Below, piece by piece: positions 45,501-59,200 of a stretch of DNA of 64,000 nt. A program made the translations under genes and the position numbers. The number at the start of each line of letters is the position of its first letter. Positions within the stretch are counted from its first letter, which is position 1. This DNA comes from Bugula neritina (taxonomy: Eukaryota; Animalia; Bryozoa): positions 25,560,628-25,624,627 of the forward strand of contig OZ037767.1 of NCBI GenBank assembly GCA_964035545.1, read 5' to 3'. The notes under the pieces are model-generated. The model was not told the DNA's origin. It worked only from the letters and a program-made list of their open reading frames with translations, and searched no databases.

Positions 45501-47253
45501 TCATATAGTAGGACAACTTCAGATTAGCTTTAATCTTCAAGTTCTTATAGAAGATGCTTTAGCAAATAAATATTCCTTGAGGCAATAATGGTTTAGGTTG
45601 TAACTAAGAAGACAACTCTTAATTTTCGTTTTGATTTTAAACCCAGCTAGCTTGTTGATTATACAGTGTATGTAAATAAAATGGATATAACTCTTGAAAA
45701 TAAGTTAAAGTACTTATTACCAGCCTATATCCAGATATGTTTTGCCTTTTGTTTATGTGAAACTACCCCCAATCTACAAAACCTCGAAGCTTTATTTAAA
45801 AAAATGAAATGCATTAGGTACTTAAAAATTCTGTGGTGACTTATTGCACACTGCTCATTCTTATAAGATGTTTTAGTAACCTGAGAATTCAATATCACTC
45901 AATGAACTACACTTGAAATATCCAAAATCTCTCAAACAATCAGTTCATTCATTCTTGCTACAGTTAAGTTGCATTGACATATAATAAACAAGTACAAAAC
46001 AACTCTAACAAGCAAATCATGGCCTGTATAGATGTGAAGTGAGTGACTTAACTTGAGATTAGGAAGTATGTTTATCCTAGCCAGCTAATTATAAGCTAGT
46101 GTGTTTCATGCAAGAGTCATCTTCTCTCTATCATAAAATAGATCAGAAAGACAACTTAAGAAAAGGAAACACTAAGTTGAACCAATATTATTATTTGGAA
46201 ACACAACAGCTTTAGCAGATTTCAACAGAAGAGCAATAAAAACATGAGCAAGCATAAAGAATTTTTTCCTTTATATTTCATCTAAGTTTTCTGCTACTTC
46301 AATGATGATTTTGACAAGTTACTGCACACCTCCCATTTGCTCTATATTATGACTTTTCTTGACCCCCCAATTATCTGAAACAAGTATCTCATTGTATTTA
46401 CTGTTATATATACACACCATTCACTGCAAAATTACAATTTCTCTAATCTCACAATATAGCGAAAATAAAAAATAGCAAATATGGGAATTACTACGAAAAT
46501 TTGTGTCATGAATATTCATGTATGTATTGCATAGATTGTAAGCATAGCAATGCTGGTCATAACTTAGCCCTCTTCTATTCGGATAAATTTCTTGTGAAGG
46601 CAGTTCGAGCTAATACAATTGTGAAATAATTGATAATTTATCATCTACTTAGATTCCAGTCCCTAAAGTTTTTTTGAAGTTACCATCAAGCAAATTTTTT
46701 TCAACGATTAAAGGTTGACCTTTCTAGTTGCATTAGAGGCTATATTGAGTAAACAACTTCAATACAAAGCTAACAAGCCAGTTAGTTGTTGCTATGCACA
46801 GCAAATGAATCATTATATGAATCAAATGAGCCTGGAGAGAAAGAAAGTAAAAAATTTATTTGCAGCATACCGTAAAATTATATCATACAATTAAAATAGG
46901 CAATTATATTCATGGGTATTTTAAATCAAATTATTTAGTAAACCATGGCCTTAAAATTTATTATACAGTGGACCACAACCACCTACGAGCTTACATAAAA
47001 TACATATATCCAACTAATATACATGGGAATACTTTCTACAAGCAATGCAAAATAATTTGCAATTCACAAACTCAGTAAAAAATTAATTGTAATGCTTAGC
47101 CTCAGAGAAAAAAACTAAACATATTTAAAAAAAGTGCTGTTGGGGCAACAGCAACACTCGTAAAATGTTTGTAAGGGCAGAGCTGGCTCTTGGAAAATGA
47201 AGTGAGAAGCTGCCATGTGTATATGCCCTTTGCAAGTTCCTTTGTGGAATCAA

Positions 47254-50200
47254 TTATATGCCTTTTTTTGCCCTTTTGGCAGCTTTACGGGGAGATGATT
47301 TCTTAGCGGAGCCGGACTTGAGTTTCTCGGTATCTTCATTGTATTGCTGTAAAAGGATGGCAAGATTTACACACTTATTAATGAAATGACAAAAACAAGG
47401 AACCTGTGGAAGACCACAGTAAACATAGGTTAGATGGTCACTACGGGTAAAATACTAGTACAGCATTCTTCGTGCAAATTATTTACTCTTCTCTACCCTC
47501 TCCTGTTTGAAAAGACGCAGCAATAATTTTTTGGCAACTGTTTTTTAAATAAGCCACTTGAAAAATAAGGACATAGTATGGATTTATATGGACTAAGTTT
47601 TAGAATGGTTTCATTAATAAATTAATGTATACAAATGTCACAAATACTTATACAAACTATCTAATTGAATAACAAAGTGAGTAGTATTTGATAAATTCAC
47701 AACACACACCATCAGTATAGAAACCAGCTCCTCTGTCGTAGAATTCTCATCGACTACCAACTTCATGTTAGCTTTAGCCACTTCTTCTGATATCATCGAG
47801 TTTAGGAAAACTATCAATGGCTTGCGAAGCATATCGTGCCGTTTCTGGCTTTGCCTGTAAACAAATGAAGACGAATAATGAAAACCAGGGCTAGCAAGAG
47901 CCTATCACAGAATCTTTTTCTCTTTCATTTAAAATTATTTCCCAAAATCCAGGGTTAGACCACCGTGTTGATATTTTTATAAGTGTTAATAACAGCCATC
48001 AGCTAATTTTTCAACCAATTCTTTTAAAAATAAACAAGAAAGATGTGGGCGCCTTTGAAACACTTGGTGCCCTTTGAAACAGGCTCTTTAGCCTCCGTCA
48101 AGTTGCTTTACTTGAGTTAAGAAGTGACATTCTAAATCAACCTCATAGCTTCAAGTGCAGTTTTAATTTGTTTTAGCAACAAGTAATGCCATGGTATAAG
48201 TATAAATAAAATAAAATAAATCAATTCTGAGTTGAATAACTAGTAATTTTATTGAAAGAGATATTGAGATATAAAATATTTTCTGAAGCTGAACAAGTAG
48301 AGAGCACAACTACAAAACTCTGGCTGACACATGAAAAATATCTGGTTTAAAATTATATCTGTATAGGAGGTAAAAAAATATTTGAATACCAAAAGTATGA
48401 GAATAAATTGTTGGTAATAAAAACACATAAAAATACTTTCAAAAGTCTTTGGCTTTCTACCATGTATTTTATAATTAGAAAAATTGATTCGTTAAATTCA
48501 CGTAGCATACATCTATGCAAACTAAAAAAATAAATTATACTATTTAGACATGCCAGTGTTTTAAAACATGATTTAATGATGCATTTTGACTGTTTTTCCT
48601 CCTTATATTATAAAATATATTTTAGTACACTAAACACTATGTTGATAAATGAGCTAATCCAAAACTTCCCAAAATGCATAGCAGTAGGAAGTGACAGATG
48701 ACATCTAAGAATAATAGCCATGACTCATACAGTTTATTTCACACCCACAATGTTTCAGGTCTAGGTTGGTAAGTCCGGGTTACTAGGTTTCTAGGTCCAG
48801 GTCCGACTGTTAGGTCCGGTTATATGTACAAAATGTTCCTCTAGAATTATGGTTGGTTCGAAGTGTTTTGAAGTGTATTGTCACACTGTACAGCACTTGT
48901 CTACAGCGAGCAGTGTGGGTATCAGTCTCTACAGACCCCTTTCTCTGAATCTCACAACACAGAGATGCAGAAGGACGGCCAGCTCTTCTGTAGTTGTTTC
49001 TTTGTTGACTGAGAGAGGCTGAAGACGGTGAAGGAAGAAGCGTGTGGCCTGAGTCAAGTAGCTGACTTGAGCGTTCACTAGTCTGTACAGAGAAAGAGAG
49101 AGTTGAGGGGAGAGAGTTGAGGGGAGGGGGTCTGGTAGAGAGAGACAGATCCTAAGTCTGGAAAGTCGACTCCCCAACATCTAAGCTAACTTTTACAGCA
49201 GCAGTACATCACGCTGACTTACAGGCAGCGACTCAAGTGAGGACGATAAAGCGTAAATAAACAAACTCGGGGTTGATATGTTATTGTAGAGATACTATCA
49301 ACTGTCTAACCATAGAGCGGATTGCCTTAGTTTTCAATCAGCAAATACTGACACTGACTATAGACTCACCTGTGACATCACAGTTATACTGTTAGACAAT
49401 ATATGGTACTGTTAACAGACCTAGATGTACACGGCTAGACTGCACCATGGCAACACCACAACACACAGAGTATACACACACAGAGTATACACACACAGAG
49501 TATACACACACAGAGTATACACACACAGAGTACACACACACAGAGTACACACACAGAGTATACACACAGAGTATACACACACAGAGTATACACACAGAGT
49601 ACACACACAGAGTACACACACAGAGTATACACACACAGAGTATACACACACAGAGTACACACACAGAGTACACACACAGAGTATACACACAGAGTATACA
49701 CACAGAGTATACACACACAGAGTATACACACAGAGTACACACACAGAGTACACACACAGAGTATACACACACAGAGTATACACACACAGAGTATACACAC
49801 AGAGTATGCACACAGAGTATACACACAGAGTATACACACAGAGTACACACACAGAGTACACACACACAGAGTACACACACACAGAGTACACACACACAGA
49901 GTATACACACAGAGTATACACACACAGAGTACACACACACAGAGTACACACACAGAGTACACACAGAGTATACACACAGAGTACACACACAGAGTACACA
50001 CACAGAGTACACACACAGAGTATACACACAGAGTATACACACACAGAGTATACACACAGAGTATACACACAGAGTACACACACAGAGTACACACACAGAG
50101 TACACACACAGAGTACACACACACAGAGTATACACACAATACCACCATCAGATTACCATATTCCATAACAGGACTATTTGCAACTCACCTCAGCTCAGAG

Positions 50201-53200
50201 CTCAACTGTTTGATTTTCAGCGTCTTGGGATCCTCGTCATCAGACAGCGAATAGTAGTCCTCCAGCAAAGGCTTGTCAGCGCTTTTGTTTAGAAGGTCAG
50301 CACCGTTTTTGTTTGAAAGGTCTTCACTGGTTGGGGCAGCAGCATCTGGGTGACTAGGAATGTGTAGGTTGAGTGAAGAAGCAGCACCCTCTGTTTCATG
50401 ACTGGAGTCCCCGTTAAGACTGTCTGGTACGACGTCCTGCATCCCTATTTCCGGAGACTTCTGGCCCTCATCTGACTCAGTGAAGTCGTAGACGGAGTTT
50501 TCCTCTGCAGATATCTTCATAGGAGATTTCAGTGGTGGGGCAAGTTCACCCTCACCAGTCACTTCATTCAATGATTCAGATTGCGAGTCTGACACCACCT
50601 TAGAAGGAGATACATCGTGTTTGACGGGAGAGGTTGACTTCATGGGGGACACAACTCTAGATGGAGAAGCTGACTTTGTGGGGGACACAACTTTAGATGG
50701 AGAAGCTGACTTTGTGGGGGACACAACTTTAGATGGAGAAGCTGACTTTGTGGGGGACACAACTTTAGATGGAGAAGCTGACTTTGTGGGGGACACAACT
50801 TTAGATGGAGAAGCTGACTTCGTGGGAGACACAACTTTAGATGGAGATTCTGACTTGATTGGGGAAAGAGTTTTAGGGGAAGAGATATCGAAAGGAGCAT
50901 CTTTTTCTAGATTTGCACTGATTTTTCGCTTCTTCGAGGAAAGTTGGATATTTATCGGTGATCCAGACCTGCAAGTGAACAGTGAAGTTACAGGAATGAA
51001 AGCTAGAAACGTGTCTGAGACAATAATATCAGCTTTACTAAGAGTAGGCGACTCTCAACAGTGAGTTTGGGTGACTGTTAGTAGAGTAAGTAGTGAGTTT
51101 GAGTGACTGTCAGTAGAGTAAATAGTGAGTTTGAGTAACTGTTGGTACAGTGAGTAGTGAGTGGCTATCAGTAGGCCTACATAGAATACAAACAGTTACT
51201 GTGTACCTAATGCTACGAGGTGGGGCCGGCTTCCTTCTCGGTGTGGGGGTGGCAGGTGGTAACTTATTGCTGCCAGCTGGTGGCAGCAAATTGGCCTCGG
51301 GGTCTTCGCAACTACAAGCAAGAAAATAACTAATAATTACATGCATTATAATTCGACTTCTATACAATCAACGGCATAAAATTCAAAATATTTGGCGCTA
51401 TAATATATTTCAGCTTATAGTGTTAAACTTGATACAATCGTGAGTTGTCTTTTCCTGAAAATAATGAGGGAACAAGTCCAATGACTACTTGCATAAAACA
51501 GCTTGGAATATTTCCAGATCACTTCCTAGATTTTAAAATGCATGGATACAATTTATTTAGACTACAGAGTTTACATTCTTATTTAATATTTATACACTAG
51601 AAATTGCAAAATAATGATCTTCACTAATAAAAAATCCACCAACATAAAGCATTGTATGTTGAGTTGTGATGTACAGCACACAGCAAGGCTACAGCTGCAG
51701 GTAACTGCAAGTACCGGCAGGTAACTGTAGATAGCCGCAGGTAACCATCACATACCTGCTGAGCATGTCAAAGTTGGAGCACACCAGCTCCATTCCATCG
51801 TCCAGTGGCTGTCCCAAAAGCCTCCACTTCAAACAAATGCCACACCTGGCCCATTCACCATTGAGTTTGGCGACTCTTATTGGGGAACTTCTAATTGACT
51901 CCATTTCTTTCATGTATGCCGAAACGATCACAGGGTACATGTCACTAAAACACAAGTCAGCATGAGTTAGCAACAGGCTGCTGTCTACTTGAACCAAATA
52001 TCTACCAGGACACAGTGTTGGCACACGGAAATGAGGAGATGAAATATAGAAATGTATCCAGAATATTCTTTTGTGCCGTACAATCTCTTAAAAACAAGTA
52101 ATCCAAAAATGAGCGATACAATGTTTACTTCAATAGTTGGAAATTCACGGTTAATACTTGGACATACTGTTATTACTATATATTATATTTTATTTGTATT
52201 CTAATAGCATATAATTGAATGATGCTGAGGAAACAGCTCAATCAAGATACTAGGAATAAAATATTCCCCAGAGAATGATAACACCTCAAAAAGTAACAAC
52301 CTTTTCATGCGACATTTATTTTACCAACATATACCTGACCAACATAATATAAATTTCAGCTATTTATAGCCCACCTAAAGCTATGGTAACAGATAATTAT
52401 AACACCAAGGACACAGGTTATCAGGTGGACAAGGAAAACACTATTTTGTGCATGAGGCCACAACTCCCTAAACTTTATCCAGTAAAACAGTGTATGTGCT
52501 ATAAAGTATAGTGTGCTATAAAGTATAGTGTGCTATAGAGTATAAATTGCTATAAAGCATAGGGTACTATAAAGTATAGGGTACTATAAAGTATAGTATG
52601 TTATAAAGTATAGGGTGCTATAGAATATAGCTTGCTATAAAGTATAGGTTGTTATAGACTAAAACTAGATTTACAATAGAATACAGAGGCAGAGCACTGA
52701 GAGTGTGTGTAGAAGTTGTGTGTCCTCCAGTGAACAATTAAAACCCACTATATTAATCAGCATTCAAATACATTCAAAGTGAATGAAGAGAGACAGTACA
52801 GAGACAGAAGATTGACACTAAAGAAACTCCTACAAATCAGCAGAACACTGACCATCTCAGACATCATGTCAACACTGAAAGCCATGAGCACCAAGATGAA
52901 TAAATCACCACAAATAAGAACATGGGCCAAAGTACTTTAGTTCTTCATAGCAGAAAACAAATTCAACAGCTCAAGTTGAATTTAGCATTTTTTGCACTAA
53001 GTTCTTTTAGTTTTACACCTTTTATGTTAGAAAAGACACGCTATTAGAGAAAACTTAAATCACAACATTTTGGAGTTGTTTAATCCTGATTATAAAAAAC
53101 ATTATTTTATCCAGTGGGCTTTCGTAGTAGAGTTGTAACTCCCCTCAACACTGTGTGAGCTAATTTAGGTCTTCTAGGCTTACTTTGGTTAAGAATTTTG

Positions 53201-56200
53201 CTTTAAGAAACAAATCAAAATAGTAAGAATTACTATAAGCTACTAACTTTCAGCTTTTCCTCTTACCAGAAGTAAACTGTGAGTACGTGTAACAGTCACA
53301 CCCACAGACACCTGCAGGCACCTGTAGTTCTAGTCAGAACTTCTGAGAGATGTCAACATCACCAGGAATTACAACACTTTCACAGGGCTGCATAATGTGT
53401 CACTTGTCTAGCTACTCTGCACTCACATGATGAAGGGGAAGATAAAGGGTTTAGCGCTGAGACCCCCAGCAGATGAATGCGTTTAAATAAGCAACTTAAT
53501 ATGCCCTGAGAAGACCACACTGCATACATATTCTATTATTCAGTGAGATTTGCTAACTATTGTCTATATTTAGGCCAAAACTATTGAATAATTCAAGATA
53601 CCTGCTTTTTAAAAGCAACATGACAATTTCGTAAGTCTTTTATTGTGGTAAATGTTGGCTCATAACCAAGCCAGGTTATTCAAAGGTACTAGAGTAGAAC
53701 AAAGTAGATACAGACGCATCAGGCACACTGAAACCACTTCAACATTGCCTTTAAAGAATTTTTTAAAAAGGGTCAATAGGTGTTCAACTAAATTCCAAGT
53801 GAAACTCTGAAAAACTATTTAAATTATCAGCTTTAAAAGATGAAACATAGGCCTATCTCATTCAAGAGAAGCAAGTACAACTTTATAGAGGTTGTACAAT
53901 AAATTGAGAAGCATGTAGTACATCCATAATATACTACCAACATGAATAAAACAGCCCTTTTTAGATCCAGTTTCGTTCAACACCAACTAACAATCAGGAA
54001 TTGCCCCACCTTGCAACAAATAAAGACGCCAGTTACAGGCTAACACCATGAGTATGCAGATAAAGTATTAGATCATAGGTGAAACAATACAAGGCAATGT
54101 CCCAACAATAGATTTAGAAACACCCATTTTATTGCACAACAAACGTTGAAATAATAGATTAATATCTTTCTATGAGCTGCAAGATATAAGTTTATTACAA
54201 ATTGATCTGGCTAACAATTAAGAATGGACAAATTGAAAAACTGCACTTTCGATTGCTAATTTAACCTCCATTTGGGATATATTGCAAACCTAAAATTAGT
54301 ATTCATCACGAGTTTAGCTCCCATTGCAAGATCTCATTAAAATATTATAAAACTTTTTCTTTCTTGTTTTAGAATTGGATTGAAATTGATAAGTAAAAAT
54401 AACTGCAATAGCCATGAGAAACTGTAGGAAAAAATGATAAAAACAAAATTGATAAACCAAGCCATATGTTAGTACAAAACCATTTCATCACCAAATTTTA
54501 AAAGCTTAATTTTCACAATCCCTTTGAAGTTGTTAGTGAACTTTAATGGTCAAAAATTCAAATTTTGTAAATAAACAACGGTTGACACGAATATAACCTC
54601 TATATTATTTATTCATAATACATTATTATTTTACAGATAAATATTGATGACCGATAACAAGGTTATAGAAAGGAAACAAAGATATTGATCTAAATTCTAA
54701 TAGGTCGATCCTTGTAAGTATAGTAAGTTGCTATTATATTTTCACCTTCCAAGCAATGGATTATAAGTTAGAATAAAACATAGACTACTAAAAAAGGGTT
54801 CTTTTTCAGCAGCTAAAACAACTATTCACAAATAGCAAGTTTTTCTGAAGGTTTTGGTTGCATTTAGCTTGCTTTAACCTTGTCTACTTAGACTAGAACT
54901 TGTTATGGTACACACTAGTATCAACAGTTTTATGATTTCAACTCACATGACTGTTACTAGAGCTGGTCATACCATACTATACATTATGATAGCCTGGAGA
55001 TATGATAGCACATGCCATAATCATAATATTATTCATAAAAGTCAAAATATTAATTGTGAAAGAAATACAGTATTTCATAACCTACTTCTCTCGGGTGAGC
55101 AGACTTCAGCTACAAGTTTGAAGGGTTGCAGAGTAAAGCCTTGCAATTTAGACAGCTGACTCAAAGAGCTAAATCATCTATTACATAAACTTGTAAATTA
55201 TAAATTTCCAGCTAAAAATTTTCATCAGGTAGAAAACTAAAAATTTCGTCAACCGGATTTCACCATTTGCAATTGATATGCTTTCAGGCGGCCATGTTGT
55301 TACAACACAACTGACTGAAGACTGAAGAAAGAATTTTTGGTAGCGGAACTCTAGAAGCTTGATGATACCATAATGCTATATATTTCTATCTGTGTTTAGT
55401 TATACATTCAAAAGCTGTGGTCTAAAAGAGAATGGCCAGAAGGCTACTGAACTACCAACAACCACCAATATAGCAGCATTGGCACATTTAGCAGTAGTGG
55501 AGAAATTGAGATAGCCTAAGTTATTTAATTGTTTTATTAAATTTTAGTTTGGGGGGAAAGGAACATAACTTCTTATGCTACATTTTTAATCTAGAATACA
55601 GGCTTTTCTCAATTTCTTCATTACTGCACCTACCTCCATATATGCCACTCCATTTTCAGAATTCTATGATGTATTCAATAGCTTAGAAAATACAACTCCA
55701 ATGTTATTTTAAATATGCCTAATATAGCACTACAACACTGCTACTATAACTATCACTAGTACTGCTACTATAACTAATATTAGTACTGCTACTATAACAC
55801 TAGTACTGCTACTATAACTAACACTAGTACTGCTACTATAACTAACATTAGTACTGCTACTATACCTAATACTAGTACTGTTACTATACCTAATATTAGT
55901 ACTGCTACTATACCTAATACTAGGGAAGTCAAAAGTGTTACCTAGATTAAAGCAAGGAAATGGTCCAAGGTCAAGGCTAATTCACTGTAAAAAATAGTTG
56001 AAAATGGGGTATAATAAGGTAGACTATAGTGTCTATTGAGCTACCATGCAGTGCCAATATATAGCTGTACAATCATAAGACACTTACCTAAATTCTGCAG
56101 AGTCGGCACCATATGAATTCTGCACTATCCCCACCACTTTGTACATGCTTCTACTTTTTGCCTGCAAAATTATAGCAAAATGTCCAACTTGATATTAAAG

Positions 56201-59200
56201 CAACAAATTAAAACCAAAATCTACCTTTCGACTTCATATGTCATTATTTCTGAGCATGTGCTTCGAGGCAGCTATGATGACCAGGCCATCCATTAGCCAC
56301 TGTAATATACTAGTTGCCTGTACAACTGCTGCCCCTCTGCTGCATTGACTCGCCAGAATTGCAGCACACAAATGGATGTTTGGATATCAAGTGTTTACAA
56401 CTCAGAATAATAAAAAAAGAACAGTTTCTAGCCAATAGTTTTTTGAGGGTTAGTTAAATGTGACTGGGACATTACTTTTACTCTGCTATAAATTCAATAC
56501 GCTGGCCTTAGTGTAGACTCATAGATACAACTAACACTTGGTGAAGTAAGTATTAGAAAGATCCGACGCATAATAGCATAAGTTTATGAGAAAAAAGAGG
56601 AGCAAAACAAGTATTAAAAATCAGTATTTAAACATGGAGCATTTAGTCTCAGTAACTTGCTCTTAAATTGTTTAACACAAATTACGACTGTGGAACCCAG
56701 GCTAAATTTAAGCTCACCAATATTCAGACATCTTAAGGGTAACAGAGTTTGTGTAAGATCATTACGCAATGTAAACAAACATGATTCGTATTCTTGATAG
56801 ATGTCAAATCTTCAAACTCATTGATTTTTTACAAATCATAATAATCATCACCAGACAATGAAGCATGAAGTTGCAGAAACTGGACACTAGTAGATCACTC
56901 ATCAATTATAATTATCAAGTGAAGAGTGGAAGAATAGAGAAATTGACACTTGCTAAATTTGATAAATACTCCCCCACATGTATCAGAGTGCAAACAGTAT
57001 GCACTGTTAGTCAGCAAATTTATTATTAAGCAACTGAAAACATTCCCAAGTCAATTACAAAGTTCAGATCAATGACTGATACTATGATGGTTGTTTATGG
57101 ATAGTTTGACTAATTTCCTATTACAATGTCCAGCCTCCACACTTGCAATGTACTATAATTTGGACAATTTATAAATAATGAGGAAATATTATTTTTATCA
57201 GATAATGCTCACCCACTATTAAAAAACTTAGCTAATTCTAAGTTTATTTTATACGATAACTGACTGATTGTTGTTTGGAAATAAACAACATTGTAACACT
57301 AACTTACAAATGAAACTAGCCTAGTTCTACTGTTCACGCAGTGTAAATTCGTGCAATTTGTAGTAAATGAAATGCTAAAAACATAGGTATACTGAATACT
57401 ATAGCTGGCATTGCTTCTAGACAGCATTTATCTATTGACGACAAATCAGAGGTCTTGCCGTTTAAAAATCTGGTTTTGCAACACGTAGAAAGGCTAAATT
57501 TTCCAACAGAATACCGGGAGATAAATAAGTGTAGCAATTAGGGCGTGTCTCAGTTACTCATGTTTGCTAAAAAAGCTAAATGAGCCTTAAAGCCTTCTAA
57601 ACAGTTGCATAAACTGATGGCTAAATGAAAACTTTTCTTAGTAACACTTCAGATTAGCAAGAAAAGATCCCTAATTGAGGTTATTTGCTACGGAAGAGAT
57701 AGAGGGAATTGGGATTGGAGGAAAAGCAGATCTACTTCAAGTGCTATGTAAATATAGCCGTTAGTAAACAAAATCCTAAAAATTCACCTAACAGGATTTT
57801 AAAAAAAGTTAAAAATATCCCCCATAGAGTGTAGGAGGTACTTTACTATCCTTCAACAAGATTTATGTGTTTGTAGTGAGTAGAGTTACATGGGAAACCA
57901 TAGCAACACAGTAGACCCTGCGTATTTATGATTCAAACACAGCAACTGGAATAGCTGGGTATAGTGAGTAAAACGCATAAAAATAGCTATCCTGTCTTCC
58001 AAGTTTACATCAACAGCCAGGAAATAAAGCTTTACGTTGAATAAATTCCTTTAATGTGAGGGTGGGTTACGCCTATTTCATTTTAATATCATCATATTAC
58101 AGGAGAATAATGTGATTAACGTCTCAATTTTACTGTTGAGAACTTTGATCAGGGAAATTCAGTCTGAGCAACCCAGTGTCTAGCCCAGCTACAGTATGCT
58201 GTAGCTCAATATAACAACTACAGTATGCTGTAGCCCAATATAACAACTACAGTATGTTGTAGCTCAATATAACAACTACAGTATGCTGTAGTCCAATATA
58301 ACAACTACAGTATGCTGTAGCTCAATATAACAACTACAGTATGCTGTAGTCCAATCTAACAACTACAGTATGTTGTAGTTCAATATAACAACTACAGTAT
58401 GCTGTAGTCCAATATAACAACTACAGTATGCTGTAGTCCAATATAACAACTACAGTATGCTGTAGTCCAATATAACAACTACAGTATGCTGTAGTCCAAT
58501 ATAACAACTACAGTATGTTGTAGTTCAATATAACAACTACAGTATGTTGTAGTCCAATCTAACAACTACAGTATGCTGTACTTCAATCTAACAACTACAG
58601 TATGCTGTAGTCCAATATAACAACTACAGCATGCTGTAGCCCAATATAACAACTACAGTATGCTGTAGTCCAATCTAACAACTACAGTATGCTGTAGCTC
58701 AGTATAACAACTACAGTATGTTGTAGTCCAATATAACAACTATAGTATGCTGTAGCTCAATATAACAACTACAGTATGTTGTAGCTCAATATAATAACTA
58801 CAGTAGATTAGCATTGTGTTATAGGTTCATTCATGTGATAATGCCAATTTCTATGCGAACTTTGTAAAGAAAGACTTTTTGCTCTGAATAAAGAAATGAC
58901 TGTGTTTTCTCACAAAACTGGTGTGCATTGTTGCGATTACGAAAGACTGTAGTAGTTTTAGAGAATGTTCAGCAACATTGCCAAAGGACTAAAATCAACA
59001 GAATGGGTGTTGCACAACAATACTTTTCAGATTACATGTCAGCAGGTTTTCCCAGCTAGAGTTGAATCAGCATCCCTTCTTACATACAGCAATGCAAGAA
59101 TAAATAAATGGATGGATAATCATACTGCATATTTCAAAAGAGTCTCGTATTACAGTATTGATCAATTATCTATGATTGAATTATTGAATTTGATAGCCAA

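Noticed and set aside
49392-50292. Five 238-281-aa Cys/Val-rich or His/Thr-rich ORFs
   Set aside because: A stop-free minisatellite is open in several frames on both strands, with no independent coding evidence.
50621-51064. Plus-strand ORF with GDTTLDGEADFV repeats
   Set aside because: Antisense shadow of the MORC-like exon, whose minus-strand frame has proper splice sites.
58189-58805. CRISPR-like array of palindromic ~29-bp repeats
   Set aside because: Units are contiguous with no unique spacers, there are no cas genes, and the context is a eukaryotic intron.
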